DNA of 64,000 nt from Patescibacteria group bacterium (lineage in GTDB: Bacteria > Patescibacteriota > Minisyncoccia > JAHIHE01 > JAGLIN01), in the NCBI GenBank assembly GCA_029210775.1, contig JARGGI010000002.1, positions 12,478-76,477 on the forward strand. Reading direction: 5' to 3'. Shown here in pieces: positions 1-9,432 of the stretch. Position 1 is the first letter of the stretch; each line of letters begins with the position of its first letter. The notes under the pieces are model-generated. The model was given only the letters and a program-made list of their open reading frames with translations, did no database searches and was not told the DNA's origin. Both the position numbers and the translations under genes were made by a program.

Positions 1-1253
1 AGTTCACCGGTCCTTGCATATTCACTGTTATAAGCAGCGTCTGCAGAAGAAACTATTGAATAATGACTTTTTAAAGACATTTTTATGTTTTCTTCATTTA
101 AAATTCCTTTATTAAAAACAACTACATGACCATTTGCACTTATCAACAATTCTATTATGGCTTCTTCTGGGCCTATTTCTTGACTTTCTGCAATGTCAAC
201 AATCTTACGACCAACTGCTTCTTTTAGCCTTGGACAGATAGAAACGATAATATTTTTATAATTATAATTCATTTCTTTCATTTCTTGAATAATTTTTTTT
301 CTCAAATCAATATCTCTTAATCTTTTTATCATTTCTTTTCTTCCTCCTTGTGAAACCCAATCTGGAAGAAGTATATATAAAACAGATCCCGTTGTATTAT
401 ATGGATATACATCAAAACTAATTTCAACTCCTTCTTCATTTGCAATATTAATCATATCTATTGCCTTTTGCATATCTGACCAATATTTTTTTCCTACTGC
501 TTTTAAATGTGAAATTTCGATAGGTACCTCAGTGTTTCTTCCAATTTGTATTGTTTCATTTATACTTGGTAACAACTCCTCAGATTCGCCCCTAATATGA
601 CTTGCATAAAAAGAATTATAATTTTTAAGTATTCCTACTAAAAATTTTATTTCATATATAGTCGCTGCTCTTGCGTGCGAAAAAACAAGACCAGTTGACA
701 TTCCAAAAGCCCCTTCTTTCAAACTATCTGAAAGCATTCTTCCAATCATCTTTATTTCATCATCTGTAATTTTCCGGATTTGATCTCCCATTAAACCTCT
801 CCTCAAAGTTTCATGTCCAACCAAAGTTCCAAAATTTACCCCTAAACTTTTTTTACTTAATTCGAAAAAAAACTCTTTTGTTCTCTTCCAATTTATATTT
901 ATATTTCCAATATCAACCCATTTCCTCATTGACTCAACAGACCCCTCACCCAATACTGGAGACAAAGATGTTCCACAATTTCCACCAATTATTGTCGTAA
1001 CTCCATCCATAACTTTACTATCCAATCTTGGTATTGTAAAAATAGTCCAAAAATTATCTGAATGATCTTGAATGTCAATAAATCCTGGGCAAACAATTTT
1101 TCCCTTTACATCTATGACTTCTGTGGATTCAATATTTCCAGCATTTTCAAGAATTGTTATTACACCCTTTTCTATTCCGATATCCGCAACAAAACTCTTT
1201 AGACCAGTTCCGTCAACTACAGTTCCGTTTTTTATTAATAAATCTAACATAAA
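1..1253 (-). CDS. Amidohydrolase-family N-acyl-D-amino-acid deacylase (D-aminoacylase)-like protein; the gene's 3' end runs off the window start. It is absent from the ORF track because there is no stop in the window.
   Basis: Manual minus-strand translation from the ATG at 1253..1251 gives MLDLLIKNGTVVDGTGL...GKIVCPGFIDIQDHSDNF...MDGVTTIIGGNCGTSLSP... This matches the D-aminoacylase N-terminus, including the GFIDxHxHxD-type metal motif and the GNCG motif. Confidence 0.6.
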
Positions 1254-1285
1254 ACAAATTATTAATTTTTATTATCTGTCATTGC

Positions 1286-1376
1286 GAATCCGCAGGCGAA
1301 ACAATCCTGTAACTATGTATAAAAAATTTAATTACGAAATTACTTCGGTCATTGCGACTCCCTCACAATGACAATG
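1286..1376. repeat. Two short hairpin repeats of the GTCATTGCGA... family, e.g. GTCATTG-11nt-CAATGAC. An AATTACGAAAT motif shared with the 23.7 kb and 63.1 kb elements lies between them.
   Basis: gtcattgcgaatccgcaggcgaaacaatcc and gtcattgcgactccctcacaatgacaatg lie in the intergenic gap. Related copies are at 32735-32990 and 10871-10904. Confidence 0.5.
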
Positions 1377-1436
1377 AAAAAAAAAATAGGAATTAAAACC
1401 GCGACTTTATGAACTTTATAAACTTTCAATTTTTAA

Positions 1437-2498
1437 CTAATTCCCCATTCCCATCAAACCAATCACCAATCCTATCGCCGCCATAACCCAGGCAATAATC
1501 CAAAATCTCATTGTAATTTTACACTCGGGCCATCCAAGTGCTTCAAAGTGATGATGAATCGGCGTGCTGTGAAAAACTTTTTTATGGCGGAATTTTTTTG
1601 AGGTTAACTGGATAATTACCGACAGCGATTCAATAACTAAAATAAAACAAACGAAAGGTAGAATTAAAAAAGAATTTGTAAGCATAGCCACCACGCCCAA
1701 GGTTACACCTAACGCCATTGAGCCGGTATCTCCCATATAAAATCTTGCGGGATGAACATTAAACCACAAAAATGCCAGTAATGTTCCAATTATTGCTGCA
1801 CAAAACATGGCCAGTTCAGTATTTCCTTGCGCGAAAGCAATTGCGCTAAACGCGCCAAAAGCGGGTAAAACAACTCCGCCCGCTAAACCGTCTAATCCAT
1901 CAGTTTCATTTAGTGAAAAAGAAGTAGCAACAATAATAAAAATAAAAAGCGGAAAATACCAAAAGCCAATTACAAAATCGCCAATTCCTGGAACATGAAC
2001 CATATCCCAGCCAAGTTTAAAATAGAACCAATAAGCACCTATAACAGCAACAAAAGCATAAAGAAGTAATCTTTCTTTAATTCCCAAACCCCCTCCCTTT
2101 GGTCCAATTTTCAAAACTCCCATAATATCATCAAGCGCTCCAACCAGACCGGCCAAAACAAGCATACCTAATGGCAAATATGTTTGAGCTCTATCTAAAA
2201 AATTTAAACTTTCTAAGTTACTAAAAAGATTAGAAAAAAATCCAAATAAAACTGCTAAAAATGAAATAACAATCCAAATTAATAATCCTCCCATTGTCGG
2301 TGTTCCAGCTTTCTTTTTATGAAGTGCTGTAAAAACGGGTGTATCACCATCTGCTCTAATTTGTTTTCCCACCCTATATTTATAAAGAAAAAAAGTTAGT
2401 AATGGAGTTAGGATCATGGCAACAGCAAAGGAAATAAAAAGTATCGTAAAAACGCGCGCTACTTCAATCACCAAAATAGGATTTTCAAATACAAACAT
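1437..2498 (-). CDS. mraY: Phospho-N-acetylmuramoyl-pentapeptide transferase
   Basis: 353 aa polytopic membrane protein with HKKKAGTPTMGGL and a C-terminal PIHHHFE motif. Confidence 0.9.
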   Translation of the reverse strand: MFVFENPILVIEVARVFTILFISFAVAMILTPLLTFFLYKYRVGKQIRADGDTPVFTALHKKKAGTPTMGGLLIWIVISFLAVLFGFFSNLFSNLESLNFLDRAQTYLPLGMLVLAGLVGALDDIMGVLKIGPKGGGLGIKERLLLYAFVAVIGAYWFYFKLGWDMVHVPGIGDFVIGFWYFPLFIFIIVATSFSLNETDGLDGLAGGVVLPAFGAFSAIAFAQGNTELAMFCAAIIGTLLAFLWFNVHPARFYMGDTGSMALGVTLGVVAMLTNSFLILPFVCFILVIESLSVIIQLTSKKFRHKKVFHSTPIHHHFEALGWPECKITMRFWIIAWVMAAIGLVIGLMGMGN

Positions 2499-2575
2499 AA
2501 AATTATTTTATTATTTTAACAAAAATTTAATTTCGATCAGTTGATATATTAATAAGCTATTATGATTTTATGCTA

Positions 2576-2956
2576 TCATTTTATACTCTTTTTGTAAATC
2601 AAAAATACTGCAAAAAATACCCCTAAACTATCAATAAAAACATCTATTAAACTGCCTTGCCTACCAAAAACAAAAAGTTGATGATATTCATCAGCAAAAG
2701 CATAGGTTAAAGCAAAAATTATCACAAAAGAAACAGATCTTTTTCGTGTAAATCCACTACCCTTAAAATAAGCTCTAAAAAGAAGAGCGGTTAGAATTCC
2801 ATATTCCACCATATGCGCAATTTTTCTGAAAACAAAATCCCACTGACTTGGTAAATCTGATTTCAAATTTGGAATTGATGAGAGATAATAAATAACTGTG
2901 CACCAAAAAAACACTGGAAGCCAATATTTTATAATTATTATTGTTTTTCTCTGCAT
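2576..2956 (-). CDS. VanZ-family membrane protein
   Basis: 126 aa with 4 TM helices and an RKIAHMVEYGILTALL motif typical of VanZ-like proteins. Confidence 0.65.
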   Translation of the reverse strand: MQRKTIIIIKYWLPVFFWCTVIYYLSSIPNLKSDLPSQWDFVFRKIAHMVEYGILTALLFRAYFKGSGFTRKRSVSFVIIFALTYAFADEYHQLFVFGRQGSLIDVFIDSLGVFFAVFLIYKKSIK

Positions 2957-2965
2957 TTTTTAATA

Positions 2966-4102
2966 TTAAAATCCATAAATAAATTGATAAGCTATTCCCA
3001 AAAGTAAAACTAAAATCATAACAACAGACATCATTATTGGTACTTTGATTTCAAAGGCAGGTTTCAAATCTCCCATTTTTTTCGCTTTATAAAATGAAGC
3101 TATAATAAGAATTCCCGCAAACCCTCCTGTAACACTTCCCGCTATGCTCACAACGGTTATAAAATCACGAAGACCTAAAACAAAAATTATAAGCGGAATA
3201 AAACAAGTAAGCGCCCAAGATTTTTTTTCACTTAAATTATAATCATACCAAAATACTTCTTTTAAATTTATTCCTATTATTAAAAATGAAGTCGCTATTG
3301 CAAAAATTCCAAAGACTAATCCCAAAGTTACAATGCCATTTCCTATAGACGAACTCAATCCCAAAAGAGCTTCATCTGAAGTATTATGACCCGTAATACC
3401 AAGAATCACAGCAACAAACAAAATATATACTATGACTGTAATTATACTTCCAGAAATTATCGCACTTTTAATTTTTTTTTGATTTTTTTTCATTATATGT
3501 TCAAGTTCTGGAATCGCAGAAAGAGTTCCAACAGAAAAAAGAATTGCGCCAAAAGGAATAAATGATTGTGAAATATCAAAAGTTAATAAATTCTCAAAAT
3601 TAACAAAATTCATTCCCTTGAAAATTATTCCAAAAATGGTAATTGCAAGAAAACTAACCATTAATAATTCTATAATACTAACAAGCCTCAAGCTAATATA
3701 TATACCTGCAGAAATAAAAATTACCATTACAATGCTATATAAAAATTCGCTTCCTCCAAAATATTTTGAAAATAAAGCATTCAAAAATTTTCCTCCAATG
3801 ATTATATACGCCAATATATTAGCATATAAAGCAAAAAGTGTAACAAGTGTTGCAATCTTTTTTCCATTTTTTCCAAGATATTTTCCACAATAACCAACCA
3901 ATCTGCCATTATTTTTTGTTCTCAAAGTTACCTCAGCATACATTAAACTTAAAACAAGCATAATGAATCCCAAAATAATAATAAGCACCAAAAATAAAAA
4001 AAATCCAGACTTAGAAGCCACATAAGGTAAACTAAAAATTCCAGCACCAATTGAAGTTCCAATCATCATAGAAACTGCATATATATAACTTTTATCTATC
4101 AT
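2966..4102 (-). CDS. Aromatic amino acid permease family transporter (TyrP/Mtr-like)
   Basis: GTSIGAGIFSLPYVASKSGF and the downstream segment align with the TyrP/Mtr N-terminus. The 378 aa protein is polytopic. Confidence 0.6.
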   Translation of the reverse strand: MIDKSYIYAVSMMIGTSIGAGIFSLPYVASKSGFFLFLVLIIILGFIMLVLSLMYAEVTLRTKNNGRLVGYCGKYLGKNGKKIATLVTLFALYANILAYIIIGGKFLNALFSKYFGGSEFLYSIVMVIFISAGIYISLRLVSIIELLMVSFLAITIFGIIFKGMNFVNFENLLTFDISQSFIPFGAILFSVGTLSAIPELEHIMKKNQKKIKSAIISGSIITVIVYILFVAVILGITGHNTSDEALLGLSSSIGNGIVTLGLVFGIFAIATSFLIIGINLKEVFWYDYNLSEKKSWALTCFIPLIIFVLGLRDFITVVSIAGSVTGGFAGILIIASFYKAKKMGDLKPAFEIKVPIMMSVVMILVLLLGIAYQFIYGF

Positions 4103-4107
4103 TGAAA

Positions 4108-4644
4108 TTAAAATTTATACAAATAAATATTCCAATTTTCTTTATTATGTTTTATTTTTTCTATTGGTTCCATATCGTTAATTTTAAATGCATAAGAAAC
4201 AACCCTAACTCCCTTTTTGAGTTTCATTTCTTTCAACATTTTTGCAATCTTTTGCATAAGCTTTGGTGTTAGAAAACAAAAAATAACATCTGCATTTTGT
4301 AAATCAGCTTTGAAAAAATTCTTACATCTCACTTCTATTTTCTTGGATTTTTTGGACAATTTAACTCTAATTTTCGCCAATAAATAATATGGATAAACAA
4401 GTTCATAGCCAACCCCATAACAATCATATTTTTCAACTGTTTGAACCAAAACTCGACCCTCACCACAACCAAGTTCATAAAACTTTTCATCTGGTTTAAT
4501 TTTGGCAAGAGCTACTGCTTTATCTATTCCCTTTTTTGATGTTGGAATTGGTCCAACAGCAATCATTGCAGGAAAACCATAAATAAATATTACCAAACCA
4601 GATAAAAATAGAAAAACCCAAATTATAACAAAAATGCTTAACAT
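4108..4644 (-). CDS. Membrane-anchored class I SAM-dependent methyltransferase
   Basis: N-terminal TM helix, then YELGCGEGRVLV, a glycine-rich motif I. Confidence 0.5.
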   Translation of the reverse strand: MLSIFVIIWVFLFLSGLVIFIYGFPAMIAVGPIPTSKKGIDKAVALAKIKPDEKFYELGCGEGRVLVQTVEKYDCYGVGYELVYPYYLLAKIRVKLSKKSKKIEVRCKNFFKADLQNADVIFCFLTPKLMQKIAKMLKEMKLKKGVRVVSYAFKINDMEPIEKIKHNKENWNIYLYKF

Positions 4645-4689
4645 ATTTCAATAATTTAGCAATTTAACAACCACGACAATGTGATTCGT

Positions 4690-5412
4690 CTATTCCACGA
4701 TATAAACTCTATTCATTACGTCTTCTTGCTCTATGCTTCTTACAACATCCATACCTTCAAGTACATGACCAAAAACAGTATGTTTTCCATTAAGATGAGG
4801 CTGAGCTTTTTGTGTGACTATAAAGAACTGACTTCCATTTGTGTTCGGTCCAGAATTCGCCATTGCCAAAGAGCCAGCTTCAACTTTATGAGAACTTAAA
4901 TTTTCATTATATCTATAACCCATCGCTTCTAAATCTTTTATTGTTTTTTCGTTCAAACCCAAGCTCCACGGATTAATTTCATCTTCAAAAGAATATCCCG
5001 GTCCGCCTGTTCCGTCATTATTAGGATTATCATCTTTGCTAAGCGGATCTCCTGTTTGAATCATAAAATCTGAAATTACCCGATGAAATTTTATTCCATC
5101 GTAAAAATTTTTGCTTGCTAATTTCACGAAATTTTCCACGGTTTTTGGAGCATCATTTGTAAATAGCTCTATTTTTATATTTCCTTTATTAGTTTCAATA
5201 ACAGCAATTTTATTCAATTCATCTTCCTGCGTAAAACTATCTTGCATATTTTTATTTATATCCAAAGCAATATATACCTGATAAAGCGCAAATGATAAAA
5301 CCGCCAAAAAAACAATTCCAATTATTGTTTTTTTTCTTTTTTCTTTGTTAAAAATAGTTTCTTCTTTTTCATCAATTTTTCTTTGAAGTTTAAGTTTTTG
5401 CTTTTTGCCCAT
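4690..5412 (-). CDS. ppiB: Peptidyl-prolyl cis-trans isomerase, cyclophilin type, with an N-terminal membrane anchor
   Basis: [28 protein letters not shown] and [14 protein letters not shown] are cyclophilin signatures. Confidence 0.9.
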   Translation of the reverse strand: MGKKQKLKLQRKIDEKEETIFNKEKRKKTIIGIVFLAVLSFALYQVYIALDINKNMQDSFTQEDELNKIAVIETNKGNIKIELFTNDAPKTVENFVKLASKNFYDGIKFHRVISDFMIQTGDPLSKDDNPNNDGTGGPGYSFEDEINPWSLGLNEKTIKDLEAMGYRYNENLSSHKVEAGSLAMANSGPNTNGSQFFIVTQKAQPHLNGKHTVFGHVLEGMDVVRSIEQEDVMNRVYIVE

Positions 5413-5448
5413 AGGTTTTTTGTTAATTTATTAACATATATCTAATAT

Positions 5449-5598
5449 TTATTTTTTATCTTCTTCTATTCTCCTTCTCTTTTCTTCTCTCATATCTCGA
5501 ACCATAATCTGAATAGCACGAATTGGAAGCCAAATTGGCATAAATATATTTAATATCAGTTCAAAAAATCCTTCTCCTTCTTTTTTAAGTTTAAGCAT
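5449..5598 (-). CDS. Small hypothetical protein (49 aa; shorter than the ORF-track cutoff)
   Basis: Manual translation gives MLKLKKEGEGFFELILNIFMPIWLPIRAIQIMVRDMREEKRRRIEEDKK in an otherwise empty 240-bp gap. It is speculative. Confidence 0.2.
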   Translation of the reverse strand: MLKLKKEGEGFFELILNIFMPIWLPIRAIQIMVRDMREEKRRRIEEDKK

Positions 5599-5650
5599 AA
5601 TTTTAAAATTATTTTATATATTCCTTTTTTTGACAATTAAATATCAATAA

Positions 5651-8485
5651 TCAAATATCTTTTTCTTCAACCTCAAAAATATCACCTCTTTTTATTTCCC
5701 CCTTTAAGAACTTAGTAGCAATTAGATTTTCCACTCTTTCTTGAATTGTTCTTTGAAGATATCTTGCACCATATTCAGCACTATAACCCATTTTTGCTAC
5801 CAACTTCAAAGCACTATCTGAAATTTTAATTTGAATTCCCTGAGCATTATCCATTCTATTTGCCAAATTATTGATTTGAAGTCTTGCAATAGCCATTATA
5901 TCTTTTTCGCTAAGAGATCTGAAAACAATCTTCGCTGTAAAACGATTAAGAAATTCAGGTGCAAAACTCTGAAGAAGATACGGCTCCAACATCTGAAGTA
6001 TTCTTTCATTATTCTCTTTCTCATCAATCATTATTTTTCTTATTACCTTGGAACCTGCATTTGATGTTGCAATTATTATTGTATTTGTAAAATCAACTGT
6101 TCTACCTAAATTATCAGTCAATCTTCCGTCGTCAAAAACTTGTAAGAACAAATTAAAAACATTTTTATTTGCTTTTTCAATCTCATCAAGAAGAATCAAA
6201 GAAAATGGTTTTCGTTTCACGGCCTCCGTAAGAATTCCTCCAGAGCTTGTCTCAGATAAATCAGATGAAGAACCAATTAATTTTTCAACGCTATCATTTG
6301 TTTGATATTCACTCATATCAACTCTAATCATTGCATTTTCATCACCATAATAAGCTTCAGCCAATGCTTTTGCAAGTTCTGTTTTTCCAACTCCAGTCGG
6401 ACCTAAGAATAAAAATGTTCCGATAGGTCTGTTTTCATGTTTCATTCCAACCCTCACTCTTCTTATTGCAGAAGAAATTGCTTTGACAGCCTCATGCTGT
6501 CCAATAACTCTGTTATGTAAATTTTCTTCTAAACTTAAAAGTTTTTCCGCTTCGTTAGCATTTATATCTGTAAGTGGTATCCCTGTTTTTTCTGTAATCA
6601 CCTCCATTACATCCTTGTCTCTTAAAACAGAACCCGATCCCATTCTTCTTACTTCTACTGCCGTTTCACTTAATAAATCAATCGCTTTTCCAGGTAATAT
6701 GCGATTAGTTATGTATTTTTTTGAAAGCTCAACTGCTGACTTAATTGCTCTATAAGTCATCACAATCCCCTCTCTATTTTCAATAATTCTGGCTTGTACT
6801 GCTAAAATTTCCATTGTCTTTTCCTCATCCAATTCTTCAACTTTTATCAAATCAAAACTGTTTGCAAAATCAGATCTTGATTCAATATACCGATGATAAT
6901 TTCTGTAATCAGTCGTGCCAATTACCTGAAAAAGTCCTTGCGAAAGAATTGGTGATAAAATCTTTGAAGCATCAAATCCTTCTCCGCTTCCAGCTGCTGC
7001 CATATTATGTATTTCAGGAATAAACAAAATTATATTTCCACTTTTTCCCATATCTCCAATCATTTGTCTTATTCGAAGTTCTAAATCTCCTCCTGCTCTT
7101 GCACCAGCAACTAAAGCTCCAATATCAAGAACAACCAAACGCTTATCTTGTAAAGTTGGCAAAACCTGATCTTTCACCATTCTTTTGGCAAGTTCTTTCA
7201 CTATCGTTTTTCTGCCACTACCTTCTTCACCAATTAAAAGTGCATTATTTTTACTACTTCTTTCAAGTATTCTCATTAAATTATTAAGTTCTTCTTTTCT
7301 ATCTACCGCATGTCCAATCAACCCACATCTTGCTAAATCGGTCAAATCATAACTAAATCTATCTAACTCTGGTGTAACTCTTGCAGTCCAAGCTTTATTC
7401 ATTACAGTATGTCTGATTTTCCTATGCCTATTAGTCCCCACTTTTATGTGCGACCAATTTTTAACCCATAAAACAGTATTTCTTACGTCCTCTGTTTTAA
7501 TATTTATATCTTTAAAATATTTTTTGAGATTCTCATTATCAACTAAAGCCAAAAACAAGCTTTCAACCTCAACTTTACTAAATCCGATAGCAATGGTTTC
7601 GTAAAATGCCCTAATAATAACTTTTTCTAATTCAAGACTTAAAACTGTACCCCTTAGAATTCCATCTCGATTATAATAATCGCTTTTAGGCAATTCCTTT
7701 ATAAAATCATTCATGTCTTTGATAAATCTTTTTGAATCAATTTCAAGTCTTTTAAATAAAATACTTATGCCTTGATCTTGCACAAGAACTTTAGCCAAGT
7801 GATAGGGCGATGGAGCTTGACCAAGACTATGAGATAAATCGAGCGTTTGAACTAAAATATTTTTTGCAAATGGAGAAGTATATTTACTAATATTAACAGG
7901 GTCAGTGAGCTTCTTTGCTTTTTTATTATAAAAAATTTCAAATTCAGAAGATGAAGCATTAATTTCATTTTTAGACATATTTCCTGCCTTATCGCGATAA
8001 TATGCATACATCATTCCTAAAATGGAAATCCAAAACACAGATGGGCCAAATCCTTTTTCTTTTATCAAAACAGAAAGAGCATCAAAAAAATTAGTAAAAA
8101 ACGCAACTACTGATAGAAAAAAATTAAACATAATAACCCCTGTTTGAACTTTTTCAATATCTATAGTTAGTGAACTTATAAAATTTGGGTTATTAATAAT
8201 CACGAAATAAACACCATATAAAAAAGCAATAATAATAAAAAGATATATAAAAAAATTTAAAAACTTGTAAATTAATCGCGAAATCGAACGCAAAGTAGGA
8301 GAAAAACCAGAAAGTCTTTCTTCCCAATAATATATTCCATTATTACCAACATGCAAAAAAATACCAGCACCCTTGCAGGCAGTACATTCAACGCCATTTT
8401 CAAAGACTTTGTTTCCATTGCACGAAGAACATACAAGTAATTCTACTTTTATTTTCTCTTCTTTTTTTTGTTTTTTAGAAGGCAT
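5651..8485 (-). CDS. ClpC/Hsp100-like AAA+ chaperone with an N-terminal zinc ribbon and transmembrane segments
   Basis: CSSCNGNKV...CTACKG zinc ribbon, 3 hydrophobic helices and two Clp_N repeats. D1 carries GEEGSGRKT and ILFIPEIH; D2 carries LFLGPTGVGKTELAKALA and LILLDEIEKA. Confidence 0.8.
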   Translation of the reverse strand: MPSKKQKKEEKIKVELLVCSSCNGNKVFENGVECTACKGAGIFLHVGNNGIYYWEERLSGFSPTLRSISRLIYKFLNFFIYLFIIIAFLYGVYFVIINNPNFISSLTIDIEKVQTGVIMFNFFLSVVAFFTNFFDALSVLIKEKGFGPSVFWISILGMMYAYYRDKAGNMSKNEINASSSEFEIFYNKKAKKLTDPVNISKYTSPFAKNILVQTLDLSHSLGQAPSPYHLAKVLVQDQGISILFKRLEIDSKRFIKDMNDFIKELPKSDYYNRDGILRGTVLSLELEKVIIRAFYETIAIGFSKVEVESLFLALVDNENLKKYFKDINIKTEDVRNTVLWVKNWSHIKVGTNRHRKIRHTVMNKAWTARVTPELDRFSYDLTDLARCGLIGHAVDRKEELNNLMRILERSSKNNALLIGEEGSGRKTIVKELAKRMVKDQVLPTLQDKRLVVLDIGALVAGARAGGDLELRIRQMIGDMGKSGNIILFIPEIHNMAAAGSGEGFDASKILSPILSQGLFQVIGTTDYRNYHRYIESRSDFANSFDLIKVEELDEEKTMEILAVQARIIENREGIVMTYRAIKSAVELSKKYITNRILPGKAIDLLSETAVEVRRMGSGSVLRDKDVMEVITEKTGIPLTDINANEAEKLLSLEENLHNRVIGQHEAVKAISSAIRRVRVGMKHENRPIGTFLFLGPTGVGKTELAKALAEAYYGDENAMIRVDMSEYQTNDSVEKLIGSSSDLSETSSGGILTEAVKRKPFSLILLDEIEKANKNVFNLFLQVFDDGRLTDNLGRTVDFTNTIIIATSNAGSKVIRKIMIDEKENNERILQMLEPYLLQSFAPEFLNRFTAKIVFRSLSEKDIMAIARLQINNLANRMDNAQGIQIKISDSALKLVAKMGYSAEYGARYLQRTIQERVENLIATKFLKGEIKRGDIFEVEEKDI

Positions 8486-8494
8486 TGATAATTG

Positions 8495-8857
8495 TTAAAA
8501 CAAATATAATAAATTCGAAGCTACCATCAAAAATGTAACAGGAGGAGTTATAATCCATATCAAATAAATAATAATTGCTATAATAATTGAAACCAGAACA
8601 ATAATGAAACCAATAAAAACACGACCCATTCTGAAAATAGGACCTATCACTCTCCCCATATATGAATCATCTCCAAAAATCGGCTGGAACAATAATCTCA
8701 AATTTATTAAAACTCCAATATCACTTTCAACTTTTTTTATAAAATAAATCTCCTTATCCCAAAAAGATTCAGAACCCTTTACATACCAAATATAAAAGAA
8801 ATTGATTATTCCTTTTATTATATTTGCAGGCAAATTTGCAATATAGTCTGCTATCAT
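8495..8857 (-). CDS. Hypothetical small membrane protein
   Basis: 120 aa with a hydrophobic C-terminal half and no recognisable motif. Confidence 0.35.
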   Translation of the reverse strand: MIADYIANLPANIIKGIINFFYIWYVKGSESFWDKEIYFIKKVESDIGVLINLRLLFQPIFGDDSYMGRVIGPIFRMGRVFIGFIIVLVSIIIAIIIYLIWIITPPVTFLMVASNLLYLF

Positions 8858-8983
8858 TTATTTTGTTTATTTTTCACTATTAATACGCTTACATTATAAC
8901 ATATTTATAAATATAAAAAAACTACCAGAAATAATAATTAATGATAGTTTTAAAAATCTACTTTATCTAAATAAATCTTCTAT

Positions 8984-9361
8984 TTATTTTTTCACTGCGA
9001 TAACATCCATCTCTATAGCAACTTCTTTATGGAGTTCAGAGACCTGCACAGTGACTCTTGCTGGAAAGTCCTTTTTGAAATATTTAATATAAACTTCATT
9101 CATTTCCCTATAATCACTCAGATCAAAAAGATAAATTGTAACTTTCACAACATTTTCAAAGCTCAAACCAGATGCACTCAAAATCTCTCCGATATTATCA
9201 AGCACTTGTCTTGTTTGATCTTTAATGTCTCCATTAACTATAATACCATCTTTTCTCAGTGGAATTTGTCCTGATAGAAAAACAAAATCATTAGCCTCAA
9301 CTGCCTGTGAATATGAACCAATGGGTTTTGGTGCCCTATCAGTTGAAATTATTTTTTTCAT
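8984..9361 (-). CDS. ridA: RidA/YjgF family reactive-intermediate deaminase
   Basis: 125 aa with APKPIGSYSQAV...ARVTVQVSELHKEVAIEMDVIA, typical of RidA. Confidence 0.85.
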   Translation of the reverse strand: MKKIISTDRAPKPIGSYSQAVEANDFVFLSGQIPLRKDGIIVNGDIKDQTRQVLDNIGEILSASGLSFENVVKVTIYLFDLSDYREMNEVYIKYFKKDFPARVTVQVSELHKEVAIEMDVIAVKK

Positions 9362-9432
9362 AATGATATGAGTTAAAAATTAAGCTTTTATAATAATCAA
9401 AAATTCCTTCTTTTATCTCTTGATAAAATAAG

